Virus record (IMG/VR): IMGVR_UViG_3300049913_000012
Reading direction: 5' to 3' (one strand)
DNA length: 64,000 nt
Origin: an uncultured virus (IMG/VR IMGVR_UViG_3300049913_000012)
Taxonomy: Duplodnaviria > Heunggongvirae > Uroviricota > Caudoviricetes
Shown here: piece after piece, positions 49,681-58,906 of the stretch
Layout of the letters: each line of letters opens with the position of its first letter
Position numbering within the stretch: the stretch's first letter is position 1
Notes under the pieces: generated by a model
Database searches by the model: none
The model's input: only the letters and a program-made list of their open reading frames with translations
Told to the model about the DNA's origin: nothing
Made by a program: the position numbers and the translations under genes

Positions 49681-50063
49681 TATAGTTCTCCTCTATGAGT
49701 AGCATTCCTTGTCCACAAGACAGCTTTGGTTAGTGTAGTCACTACTCTTTCTTCATGCTCGATGCCCTCTACACGCATTTCATTTACAAGAATATGCAGT
49801 AGTTCATGGATAACAATCTTCTCGATCTTCCACCTACTCATTCCTTTGAATGCTGGCAAGTTGATATGTAGAGCAGCAGTACCATATATCCAATAGACGT
49901 AGGTTTTAGCTACTACTACATCGGTGCGATCATCTGTTGGAAACCAACGTAAGACATCCTTGGGTTTGGAATGCCAGTGTAAAGTCACTTCCCACCAGCC
50001 TAGTCCTAGAGGACTAAGCCATTTATTGACTGCTTTCATGACACGCTTGCGTGTCCTTCTCAT
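49680..50063 (-). CDS. HExxH metallopeptidase-like protein
   Basis: IVIHELLHI...EERVV. Confidence 0.55.
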   Translation of the reverse strand: MRRTRKRVMKAVNKWLSPLGLGWWEVTLHWHSKPKDVLRWFPTDDRTDVVVAKTYVYWIYGTAALHINLPAFKGMSRWKIEKIVIHELLHILVNEMRVEGIEHEERVVTTLTKAVLWTRNATHRGEL

Positions 50064-50278
50064 TGTCTATGCTTCGCTTCTTGCCTTGCCATATTTCTTT
50101 TGGCAATAGCGACTCTGCGCCCAAGGTACTCTTTATGTACCTTTTCTCGTGCGTCCTTACGAGCGCAGATGCGACATTTACCTGCTGATGCTTGGTAGGT
50201 TCTTACACCTTTATTGTAACTGCGCCAGATCATGCGCTTTTTGCAGTCTGGACATGGGTATCTTCCGTTTTTAGCCAT
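50060..50278 (-). CDS. Small Zn-ribbon protein
   Basis: CPDC...CRIC. Confidence 0.5.
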   Translation of the reverse strand: MAKNGRYPCPDCKKRMIWRSYNKGVRTYQASAGKCRICARKDAREKVHKEYLGRRVAIAKRNMARQEAKHRQ

Positions 50279-50279
50279 A

Positions 50280-50924
50280 TTATTCTCCTATCATTTGCAC
50301 GACATGAAACATCTCTGCATAGTTTGCTTGGATAGCCAGCCCACGCATTTCAGCTACTATCTGTGCTGCCATTGGAGAGCATGGATGTGGAAACTGTCTT
50401 ACCCAAGATTTATAGGTTGAAATAGCCTGTACTTTCTTATAGAAAGTGTCGGTTATGTCAACGTAGAGTTTACCACCTGGAGTACTGTAATCAGGATAAG
50501 TGTACTCATACATAAGTATATTGGGAATATGGACATGAGCACCTAAGCGTAGAGCAGATAGACTTGCCTCGTGCGTAATCTTATGGTCTTTATGATGAGA
50601 TGGATAAGGAAGAAAGACATAGTTATATGGACGTTCATCCAGTATCCGATCAAGCTCAGTGACAATATCTATCATGGGGAGGGTATCAAGCCTTACTTCC
50701 TTGGTTGGGAACAGAGGTGTCACTCGACTGATACCAAGGATCGCTGATGCTCTTATACACTCATCATAGCGTACATCATCTTGCTTGCCTATTCCTATAG
50801 CTAGGACTACTAGGTGTATAAAAGCGCCTTTTTCAGACCATTTAGCAATCGTACCACCACATCCAAAGGACTCGTCATCTGCATGCGGAGCTATTACCAG
50901 AATATTCGTGTTGCTATCTACCAT
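50280..50924 (-). CDS. PIG-L/LmbE family deacetylase
   Basis: VIAPHADDE...GGTI; HHKDH. Confidence 0.9.
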   Translation of the reverse strand: MVDSNTNILVIAPHADDESFGCGGTIAKWSEKGAFIHLVVLAIGIGKQDDVRYDECIRASAILGISRVTPLFPTKEVRLDTLPMIDIVTELDRILDERPYNYVFLPYPSHHKDHKITHEASLSALRLGAHVHIPNILMYEYTYPDYSTPGGKLYVDITDTFYKKVQAISTYKSWVRQFPHPCSPMAAQIVAEMRGLAIQANYAEMFHVVQMIGE

Positions 50925-51718
50925 GCTGTGTAATTACCATCCTTTACATAGAATCTGAAGCGTATTCCATTTCTACGTAACTGGTTCTTTAGTATTTCTG
51001 TAAGTCGAGTAGCAGCACCTATAATTGAGGGATAGCCAGTATCAAAGATGGTGGTTGCACCATTCTCGATTATTATGATTCTCCCTCCTTCGACCATTGT
51101 GCGTGGAGGCGTATTGCCACCCTGAATCCTTGTTGCTTGGTACAGTATATCTGTAAGGATTTTCTGTATCTCTCCTGATGATAGCTTTCTGGGGTACTCG
51201 TTTTCCTTTAGTATCCTAACTGGTATTCCACCAGCAAGACAGCCCGAAGGCAAGTCTATATTCACCAGACTTCTAGCTGCGACCACTACATCGTTGCCAA
51301 TGGTTACACCTGGGTTTACCCAAGTACTAGGTAGCCATACATGATCGCCAATGTGAACTTCATCGAACTTGACAGGGAAGCCTCGCAGTATAGATTGATA
51401 TGCACCATGCGTGAAGATTTGGGTTTGCACTCCTACACCACACTCATGTCCAATAATGACTGATCGGGCAGTGTTGATGTGTGAGTCTACTCCCATGTGC
51501 AAGAAGTCACCAGCACACAATGTTGATTGAGGGTCGAAGCAGCTACCTCCTCCAATGTAGGCACGCTTATTCAGGAAGGCTTCCTTACCGATCTCAACAT
51601 ATCTACCTTCTATGACCACATTCTCGTTGACGATACTGCGATCTCCAAGGGAGCCTTTCTCTACGTTGATGACTGCTGTAGGGTGTATCTGACAATTCTC
51701 TCCAATGGTAAAACTCAT
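50918..51718 (-). CDS. Hexapeptide-repeat (LbH) sugar acetyltransferase
   Basis: IGENCQIHPTAVI; VHIGDHVW; VTIGNDVVVAARSLV; GGIPVR. Confidence 0.85.
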   Translation of the reverse strand: MSFTIGENCQIHPTAVINVEKGSLGDRSIVNENVVIEGRYVEIGKEAFLNKRAYIGGGSCFDPQSTLCAGDFLHMGVDSHINTARSVIIGHECGVGVQTQIFTHGAYQSILRGFPVKFDEVHIGDHVWLPSTWVNPGVTIGNDVVVAARSLVNIDLPSGCLAGGIPVRILKENEYPRKLSSGEIQKILTDILYQATRIQGGNTPPRTMVEGGRIIIIENGATTIFDTGYPSIIGAATRLTEILKNQLRRNGIRFRFYVKDGNYTAW

Positions 51719-52409
51719 GGGGCATTCCTCAATTTCTCTAGCCACTCTGGTGCAGCAGTGTAGGTAACAAAGGGTGGTAGGGACAATGGTTGTAACTCAA
51801 GTCTTCTTATCAGGTCTTGAGGGCTAGTAAAGCCTGATCCTGGTATCTGTGCATAGAGCATAGCTTTCTTCTTGAACCTTTTCTCTGCATAGTAGCTGAA
51901 ATGAATGATAGAAATACCAGACTCAAGAGGAATACTACTGATGTTTGCTGCAATTCCTGCTACATAGGTGTGGATCGGCTCAAGCCACCTTACTTGTAAT
52001 GTCTTTTTGAATAGACATAAATGACCAAAGCCATACTCGATAGGTAGACACTGGCGTGGCTCCTTCATTATATGATAGCAAGGAACGCTCCAGCCAACCT
52101 CGTCATGCTTAGATATAAACCTATTGAGACTTTCGATCATCTGGTCGCTAGGTAGTTCATCACTATCCCACTTGAGTATCCAGTCTCCATCATTGCAGTA
52201 CTCTAGCATCTTGTTTCTTGAGACAGACAGGTCTAGTATATTTTCATGGTTATAGTGGACGTAATCATGAGGACGTAGTGTAGCCTGGATTAGCTCTACG
52301 CTGCTATCTGTTGAGCCTTGGTCAACAAAGATAATCCTGTCTGCGAATAGCTGTAGAGCAGGGACAACCACAGGAAGGTAGATAGCATCGTTATGAACGA
52401 TCATATTTA
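51715..52409 (-). CDS. GT2-like glycosyltransferase (start approximate)
   Basis: IIFVDQGSTDSS; WILKWDSDE; IIHFSY. Confidence 0.8.
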
Positions 52410-52429
52410 TAACTAGCTTTGCCTTGTTC

Positions 52430-53029
52430 TTAGCCACCCTTTGCCTCCTGTTCTCGCATGCGAGACAGCAAACGTTGCCGATTTTCTTCATCCCATTTAT
52501 TGGACTCAGGGTATCTGCGTCTCGTAGCTCCCCATACATGCAAAATAGGTAAGGGGATTACTCTACCCTTTATACCCATGCGTGATAGTCTCCATGCCAG
52601 ATCAACATCTTCCCATGAGTTCTTATAGGCTATATCAAACCCACCCAGGAAGTTCCACACATCTCTGTCTATGACGATGCACCAGCCCTCGATGTACTCT
52701 ACACCTTCCTTGATAAGACCAACTGCACCGCCATAGGGATAGTCCCATGAGTCAAGTCGAGCAAAGATGTCACCCCTTACTGTGATGTCATTGTTCAGTA
52801 TCACTAGTTTCTTACAGGTAGCTAGTGCTGCACCCTTGTTGACTGCCTCGGCGTAGGGAACCATTTCATCAATGTTGACTTCACCCCTATTCTCGCCACC
52901 ATTGTCAACACGAATAAGCTCATAATCAATAAGGGTACTCTGGCCTAGTGATCTCCAGGCTGGTACAGTAAAGTGATCCCACTCGCTCTTGCCAGCGCTT
53001 ACCATCACTACGCTGTATTTAGCTGACAT
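52430..53029 (-). CDS. GT2 glycosyltransferase
   Basis: VDNG; AVNKGA; LNND; GGFD..Y...WEDVDL. Confidence 0.85.
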   Translation of the reverse strand: MSAKYSVVMVSAGKSEWDHFTVPAWRSLGQSTLIDYELIRVDNGGENRGEVNIDEMVPYAEAVNKGAALATCKKLVILNNDITVRGDIFARLDSWDYPYGGAVGLIKEGVEYIEGWCIVIDRDVWNFLGGFDIAYKNSWEDVDLAWRLSRMGIKGRVIPLPILHVWGATRRRYPESNKWDEENRQRLLSRMREQEAKGG

Positions 53030-53606
53030 TTGCTGCCCCTTGGATGCGCTTCATAATCTCCTCAGAATCGAACTCAGCATTATTAGTGATATTGTAGACC
53101 TTGGCTCCAATATCCTCGTTGCCTAAATGGAAGTCGATGGCACGTACATACTCATTACGCCTGGAGTTATAGATTTGTACAAGTTGTGCCTCTTCTGGAG
53201 TAGCAACACCAGCAATAACCTTATCAATGAGCGCCCAGATACGCTGGTTCATGATGATAAGCTCATCAATAAGCTGTCCTGTGGTCTTGACATCTATATC
53301 TCCAGCACGCACTACCTTCGGGCCAGGGATGTCTTCTGAGAAGACTGCCTCTCCCCAACGTCTCTGTATCTCAGCTAACTCTTCGTTGGCTCCAGCTAAA
53401 GCACCATTGAGTAGGGCGATCTCAAACCTCTGCCTAGCGATGATACTGTCCTTGTCTCCGCTTTGTATCTTCATACTTCCAAGATAGAAGACAACAAACT
53501 CTTCTAGGATGCTACGATACTCATCCTTTCGCTGCCTATGGCTGGTAAGATAGCTAGTAAGATGATCTAGTTCTTGTTCTATTTCGGGATTAGTCGGTAT
53601 TGTCAT
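53019..53606 (-). CDS. Helical protein in the glycosylation cluster
   Basis: C-terminal TTGQLIDEL.I.N..IW...N.RRN...AID pattern. Confidence 0.55.
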   Translation of the reverse strand: MTIPTNPEIEQELDHLTSYLTSHRQRKDEYRSILEEFVVFYLGSMKIQSGDKDSIIARQRFEIALLNGALAGANEELAEIQRRWGEAVFSEDIPGPKVVRAGDIDVKTTGQLIDELIIMNQRIWALIDKVIAGVATPEEAQLVQIYNSRRNEYVRAIDFHLGNEDIGAKVYNITNNAEFDSEEIMKRIQGAANVS

Positions 53607-53615
53607 TGCATTCTC

Positions 53616-54392
53616 CTATTCTGGATCACACCAAACTGGTTTGTGGCCTAGCATAAAGGCCATTCTCTCTGCATTGAAGCGTCCCATTGCCTCATCACTG
53701 ACTTGTTTCTTCCACGCAGTATAGGGGTCTTCACCGCCTGGGTCAATATGGTCAATTAGGATATGGGGGTAATGGACAGTCATAAATCCTGCTACTTGAG
53801 CACGAATAGAAGCAAGGGCATCGTCAAAGCCATAGAGCTCATCCATCTGGTAGAGGTAGCCTATCTTGTCGAGACATGCGCTGCTATATAGCTGGCATGT
53901 ACCCATAACATGGTGGACTCTTTCTACGACAAGCCATCTTTGCCCTGCATCATGCGGAAGCATTTTGAGTTCTGAGCGATACCAATCAGCAGGGTTCCAA
54001 GGTGTCTCTATACAATCAGTGCGCTTCAGTCCCACGATACCGACCTTAGGTTCACGTTCTACGCACTCTACAAGGATGTCTAGCCAATTCTCTTGATGAA
54101 TGACTACATCATTATCCATCTTGACCGCATGCTCACCCTCATGGCGTGTCACCCAGGCCTTGTTGATAGCTTTGGCTGTGCCAATGTTCTCAGATAGGGT
54201 GATGATCTCAAATGGCTGAGTATTCCACTCCCTTAGGATGGACTTGGTTTCTGGACATGAGCCATTGTCTACAATCACAAGTCTATGCTTGTGAAAGTCT
54301 ACTGTATTATAGAGACTAGTAAGTGTTCTTTGGGTAAGAGCGCTACGCTTGTTCTCTTCGGTATCCCATACTGCTATCGTTATTAGAGCCAT
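53616..54392 (-). CDS. GT2 glycosyltransferase
   Basis: IVDNGS; ENIGTAKAIN; KMDND; IGYL...YGFDD. Confidence 0.85.
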   Translation of the reverse strand: MALITIAVWDTEENKRSALTQRTLTSLYNTVDFHKHRLVIVDNGSCPETKSILREWNTQPFEIITLSENIGTAKAINKAWVTRHEGEHAVKMDNDVVIHQENWLDILVECVEREPKVGIVGLKRTDCIETPWNPADWYRSELKMLPHDAGQRWLVVERVHHVMGTCQLYSSACLDKIGYLYQMDELYGFDDALASIRAQVAGFMTVHYPHILIDHIDPGGEDPYTAWKKQVSDEAMGRFNAERMAFMLGHKPVWCDPE

Positions 54393-54401
54393 TTCCTCTC
54401 C

Positions 54402-54572
54402 TCACTCATTCTCGTGCCAGTCATTACGAGCGCCCTGCTGCCATTCCTGACGACCATGTTTCTCATCGTCTTTGTATGAAGCAAAGCACCAGCTAGCTAC
54501 AAGTATCCCTAGTATGCCTCCAATAACTAACCCCACAAAGCATCCTATACTGCCAATCAACCACCAGGGCAT
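54402..54572 (-). CDS. Small membrane protein
   Basis: AGGAGG RBS; MPWWLIGSIGCFVGLVIGGILGILVASW. Confidence 0.5.
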   Translation of the reverse strand: MPWWLIGSIGCFVGLVIGGILGILVASWCFASYKDDEKHGRQEWQQGARNDWHENE

Positions 54573-54573
54573 G

Positions 54574-55518
54574 TTACCTCCTATGTGGTACATTGTAGAT
54601 ATGAAGTAGCTTTAGTTCGTAGAGTTGGATTCCTTCCCATTCTCCATTATCACCAGAATAACAAGTAGCAATGTATTTATAAATGAGAGAATCACTATCA
54701 CTAAAGTACTTCCCATAAGGTTGGTAGGTACTACTTTTTATGGAATAGATATACATCTTTCCATTAGTAGTCACAAGAATTATATCCCCGACCTTGAGCT
54801 CAAGCCAGCCTGTTTCCCACATTCTATGCGCCCATATCGTACCTCGATATGCTGCTGCTCCATGCAGCGTGGCTGGTAGGAGCAGGGAACCACCAGGAGC
54901 GTTTACGCCAGCATAAAGGCTGTATGAGTAGCCATCCATATCTACTAGCCCCACAAGCTCACCTGGGTATTCATTTTGGTATGCTCCAAAAGCATCTGCT
55001 GGTACTGGAGGAAACGGAGTCTCGGTAGGGACAGGAGGTGTGGTTGAAGTAGGCGTTGGTACAGCGGTTGACGTACTAGTAGCAGTTGGAGTAGGTGTAC
55101 TCGGTGGTTGTGTGGCAGTACTAGTAGGTGTAGGCGAGGGATCAACCTCAGGTGTTGGTGTCGGTGATGGGTCTACTTCTGGAGTTGGCGTAGCCGTTGG
55201 CGTATTCGTGGGAATAGTCGTTGGACTAGCAGTTGGAGTGTCCGTAGGAGTACTCGTTGCTGTCTCCGTTGCTGTCGCTGTTGGTGTATCTGTAGGAATG
55301 TTTGTAGGCGTTTCAGTCGGCGTTGGAGTAGCAGTTGATGTCTCCGTTGGAGTATTTGTTGGTGTGTCAGTTGGAGTGGCACTTGGAACCTCCGTATTCG
55401 TTGGAGTAGGAGTCTCAGTAGGACAATTAGGATCAATCGGACTTGCTCTCGTAGTACCAGCAGCAATAAGGGCTAAAGCAATAAGAAGTACAACAGCAGC
55501 AATATATACAGTTTTCAT
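54574..55518 (-). CDS. Secreted Pro/Thr-repeat protein with C-terminal sortase-like domain
   Basis: Signal peptide; about 140-aa TPT linker; WAHR...LKVGDII.VT...Y.I...IATCY. Confidence 0.65.
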   Translation of the reverse strand: MKTVYIAAVVLLIALALIAAGTTRASPIDPNCPTETPTPTNTEVPSATPTDTPTNTPTETSTATPTPTETPTNIPTDTPTATATETATSTPTDTPTASPTTIPTNTPTATPTPEVDPSPTPTPEVDPSPTPTSTATQPPSTPTPTATSTSTAVPTPTSTTPPVPTETPFPPVPADAFGAYQNEYPGELVGLVDMDGYSYSLYAGVNAPGGSLLLPATLHGAAAYRGTIWAHRMWETGWLELKVGDIILVTTNGKMYIYSIKSSTYQPYGKYFSDSDSLIYKYIATCYSGDNGEWEGIQLYELKLLHIYNVPHRR

Positions 55519-55544
55519 TCATTCTCCTCTCAATTTCATAAAGG

Positions 55545-55760
55545 TATAAAGATGCAAGGGTTGGCTCACACGCCTCCTTATACGCTAACTAGAGTATTCA
55601 AGCACTAGCCATCCTTTGTAGCCTTGCATCTTTGCAAGCCCTAGCAGTCCCTGACATTCGCAGGCATTTGTCCCATTCGTGAGTATGACGCTATAAAAGC
55701 ACATCAAGGCATACTCATGAGTAAAAGTGCATCCTACTAGAGCTTATCCACATTGCAAGA
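55545..55760 (-). ncRNA. Candidate structured RNA / leader
   Basis: Nested inverted repeats (AAAGATGCAAGG/CCTTGCATCTTT; GAGTATG/CATACTC) in a 240-nt intergenic gap. Confidence 0.35.
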
Positions 55761-56141
55761 CTACTTGGTCTTCGGGGTACGCTTGGCCTTTGGAACAGAC
55801 TCGGTAGTCTTTGCCACGTCTTCAGTTTTTGGCTGGAAGGGTGGCACGATTCCTAAATGAGCCCAAATTCCATCAGGAGTAGCTTTGGCATTTATCGCCT
55901 GATTGATGGTAGCACGTAGGTTATCGAAGTACTTGGTGCGAGCATGCAGTGTTAGTGGTGCTGGTGCTGCAAGAGCATCCCACTCTGCACGATCTTGCTT
56001 GGTGAAGTTATACTGTTTTGCCAATTCATCAATGGTCACTTTATCTTGCACATATTTCTGCACGACCATAAAGAACGGTTCTAGCGGTAGCCAGCGTTTC
56101 TGGTCTTTCTCTAACTTTAGAAACCTCTCTATCAATGCCAT
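55761..56141 (-). CDS. Hypothetical protein
   Basis: AAGGAG RBS; 126 aa. Confidence 0.65.
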   Translation of the reverse strand: MALIERFLKLEKDQKRWLPLEPFFMVVQKYVQDKVTIDELAKQYNFTKQDRAEWDALAAPAPLTLHARTKYFDNLRATINQAINAKATPDGIWAHLGIVPPFQPKTEDVAKTTESVPKAKRTPKTK

Positions 56142-56165
56142 AATATTCTCCTTATTTTGAGTATT

Positions 56166-56309
56166 CTAGAATAGGAATGCAGCAGCAAAAGAAGCAGCAC
56201 CCCACCATCCACTTACTTTGCCGATAGCTGCTATGATGAACAGCACAACCGCAACAATCAGCAGGACAGTACGTAGGTTGAACACAAACGATCTAGGATT
56301 TTCAGCCAC
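56166..56309 (-). CDS. 47-aa 2-TM protein directly after the endolysin (possible holin)
   Basis: AAGGAGG RBS, GTG start; LRTVLLIVAVVLFIIAAIG...WWGAASFAAAFLF; not in the ORF track. Confidence 0.55.
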   Translation of the reverse strand: MAENPRSFVFNLRTVLLIVAVVLFIIAAIGKVSGWWGAASFAAAFLF

Positions 56310-56323
56310 AATGCCTCCTTTCT

Positions 56324-57091
56324 TTATATAGTCCATCCATGAGCAATAGCTTGTAGCTTCAATCTGGCTACATCAGCTTCGAGGGCAGCTACACGCTGCT
56401 CAAGAGTAATCTGAGGTAGCAAACTACCCCACCATGTCTGGAGGTTGATTAGGGTATCGTTCCACTCGATGATGTCCATCGGGCGATTGGCACATCCAGG
56501 CAGGATATAACGATCAGCAGAGCACTGCCATCCTTTTAGGGGGCCAGGGCATCTCTTCTGAGGGTCTGGGTTCCATCCATATGTGACTAGTCTAGTATTC
56601 AGGTCAGCCCATGTTATCTCAATCCTTCCGTCAGGATATAGATAATTAGGATACCTAGCCCAACAATAATCTACATTGGTTGGCCAGTAAGATAGGTTGC
56701 CCAAGAACCACTGCCCTGTATAGAGGACATGAGTATAGCGATACCTGGATGTTATCAGGTAGTAGTTGGCTACTTCTCTGGCATAGTCTGCTGCTGGATA
56801 GTCCTTCTTCACCACCTCAATATCATCCATGACCTTAGTAACTTCCTCGGTAGGTATGGTATCAAGTAGGAACTCTGCGTTTACTTTTCCTGAAACCCAA
56901 GGATTATAAACGAAGTATGGTGCTCTCAGAAACGACTCGCACTGTTCCCACTCAGTAGTGAAGTTGGCGTCTGGATGGTGTCCACCATTCATGTCATTCA
57001 AACGGATGAAGACGAACTTTACACCAGCCTCCAGAATGATTGATTCGTTGATGTCTAATGATCCTTCCCAAACATCTATGCCTGTTATCAT
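56324..57091 (-). CDS. Endolysin, GH25 muramidase-like
   Basis: GIDVW...GVKFVFIR...DDIE...YTG.W...W.ARY...WQ. Confidence 0.8.
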   Translation of the reverse strand: MITGIDVWEGSLDINESIILEAGVKFVFIRLNDMNGGHHPDANFTTEWEQCESFLRAPYFVYNPWVSGKVNAEFLLDTIPTEEVTKVMDDIEVVKKDYPAADYAREVANYYLITSRYRYTHVLYTGQWFLGNLSYWPTNVDYCWARYPNYLYPDGRIEITWADLNTRLVTYGWNPDPQKRCPGPLKGWQCSADRYILPGCANRPMDIIEWNDTLINLQTWWGSLLPQITLEQRVAALEADVARLKLQAIAHGWTI

Positions 57092-57294
57092 GCTTGAGTC
57101 TCCTGTTTCTCCCCACAGAAGGGACAATAGGCTGCGGTGAGCCTCACTGGGCCTTCTCGCACATGACTATTGATCTTCTCAGTGGCAATGGCGATGCGAG
57201 TATCAAAGCCATTCTTGTTCCACATAACTGTGGGGGTTAGTCTGGTATTTTGCTTGGCTAACTCTAAATTCACTTTCTTATAGCAATCACACAT
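57088..57294 (-). CDS. Small Cys-containing phage protein
   Basis: MCDC...YCPFCG. Confidence 0.6.
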   Translation of the reverse strand: MCDCYKKVNLELAKQNTRLTPTVMWNKNGFDTRIAIATEKINSHVREGPVRLTAAYCPFCGEKQETQA

Positions 57295-57297
57295 ATA

Positions 57298-58386
57298 TCA
57301 CATCCTTGGTCGTTGATTAGCGACCTCTATGAATTTTCTAGGATTTGTCTTTAGAAAAAGAATCTGCGCCAGGATATGGTCGTACAACGGATAGTCAGAA
57401 TGAGGGGTAGTGCTATTGCTACCTACATTCAGGCAATATACATCATTTCCGCTATACACATTGTAGGTAGGAGGAGCCATGAAAGCTGGTTCGTTGTCAC
57501 AGGCAGCATCAATCCTGAACACACCTATCTTAGTCCAGACAGTAACAGTGCTGAATGACTTGAACTCATCAAGCTCTGAAGCGGAGAGACACGAGAGAAA
57601 TAGATTGAGCGCTTTTTCTTTGGATGCTATCTGCTCCTTTATTACTTTATCCATTCTCTCGTGCTGCTGCTCCATGACACGGAACGACTCTCGTTGACCA
57701 CCAGCTTCGCCTACCATGAAACCACAACTTCCTGCGGTAGCCATGCTACGGAGAGCATTTATTAGCTGCTCGTTGAGTTCATTGACCGATTCTCCAAATG
57801 CTTGACGATGCTCTCGCATTTCATCAGGCGTTATGTTGCGATTAGGAACAGGTTCAGTTACTGTTGACATCATTCTCTCTTGAGCAGGGCCACCCCATTG
57901 AGCTCTCCACATTGCGGAATTAGCTAGGTGAACAACTAGCTTACGTCCTGCTTCATAAGCTGGAATAGGATTAGGGTTGCCAAATTCACGGATGTCTGGA
58001 ACTTCCATACAGATAACTTCTGCTCGTTCAACATGGTAGCCCTGCCTTATTATGCCTAGGCAAGTTTCCCAGGCTTGATTTTTATCAGTAAAGACTTGAT
58101 GCTCATAGTCGTTTAGGAAAAGATCAACAAAGCGAGCTTCACGAGTAAAGAAAAACTCATGTAGTCCCTCCATAAAGCCCCTTCTAGAAATTATTGTTGC
58201 CATAGCTACATCCTCGTCCGTGATGTATGGTGCTCCAAAGATAGCCTCAGGGGTATGTTGTGCATACACAACTCTACAGTCGTGATTGCGTGCCCTTTTT
58301 CCCTTTATTATTGTAGTAATTATACCTAGCCAAGAGAAAAGCAAGCCAGATATGGCTACCAAAGGAGCAAAAACTTGAGGATCCAC
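57298..58386 (-). CDS. Hypothetical protein: N-terminal TM, C-terminal YCL...P..D..LAQ.L.L...F...AN domain
   Basis: 362-aa ORF coupled to the upstream GG-ending gene. Confidence 0.65.
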   Translation of the reverse strand: MDPQVFAPLVAISGLLFSWLGIITTIIKGKRARNHDCRVVYAQHTPEAIFGAPYITDEDVAMATIISRRGFMEGLHEFFFTREARFVDLFLNDYEHQVFTDKNQAWETCLGIIRQGYHVERAEVICMEVPDIREFGNPNPIPAYEAGRKLVVHLANSAMWRAQWGGPAQERMMSTVTEPVPNRNITPDEMREHRQAFGESVNELNEQLINALRSMATAGSCGFMVGEAGGQRESFRVMEQQHERMDKVIKEQIASKEKALNLFLSCLSASELDEFKSFSTVTVWTKIGVFRIDAACDNEPAFMAPPTYNVYSGNDVYCLNVGSNSTTPHSDYPLYDHILAQILFLKTNPRKFIEVANQRPRM

Positions 58387-58613
58387 TACCCTCCAGAGAC
58401 TTGAGGAACAGCAATTACCTGAACATGCTTTTGGAAGAGTTTATCTATCAGTGTAGTATCCTTAGTCTCAGGATCGACAGAGAATAGGGTAAAGCCAGCC
58501 TTACCTAATTCCTCGAACTTAGTCTGAGCTTTCTGAAACTCTGTCTCGATTGCAGGATCATATTGAAATGGAGTATCTCCACCAGTACCTAAAACTCTGA
58601 TCGTATTCTTCAT
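58386..58613 (-). CDS. Small protein ending in di-glycine
   Basis: GDT...YDP...F...G...VPQVSGG-stop; AAGGAG RBS. Confidence 0.65.
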   Translation of the reverse strand: MKNTIRVLGTGGDTPFQYDPAIETEFQKAQTKFEELGKAGFTLFSVDPETKDTTLIDKLFQKHVQVIAVPQVSGG

Positions 58614-58627
58614 CTTATATCTCCTTT

Positions 58628-58906
58628 CTATATCTGTAACCCATTCATTAGGGTTTTGATGTGCTTGAAGATGGAATTGATACGGATTGATTGTTCCTGT
58701 ATCGTTCCACCTATCTGAGTTACCTGTTGCTTGAGCTCTGATGTAGTTGGCGTATTGGGTGATACCGCAATAGCCGAGATCGGAGCAAGTCTTTTCTCTA
58801 ACTCGTCAACCAACGACATTAGCTCGCTAATGCAGCCTTCTAGATATGATAGCTGCTCAGGTATCTCTCTACCTCTTTCTTGTGCTACTCCACCACTAGA
58901 CATCAT
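58628..58906 (-). CDS. Coiled-coil hypothetical protein
   Basis: AAGGAG RBS; heptad pattern. Confidence 0.6.
   Translation of the reverse strand: MMSSGGVAQERGREIPEQLSYLEGCISELMSLVDELEKRLAPISAIAVSPNTPTTSELKQQVTQIGGTIQEQSIRINSIFKHIKTLMNGLQI

Larger units (their letters stand above)
462..52464. repeat. Dispersed perfect palindrome CTCGCATGCGAG, at least 9 copies
   Basis: Copies start at 462, 5452, 13242, 17590, 26202, 35296, 43120, 45973 and 52453. Confidence 0.9.

Noticed and set aside
55040..55549. 169-aa Val/Gly-rich ORF on the + strand
   Set aside because: Antisense shadow of the Pro/Thr repeat gene
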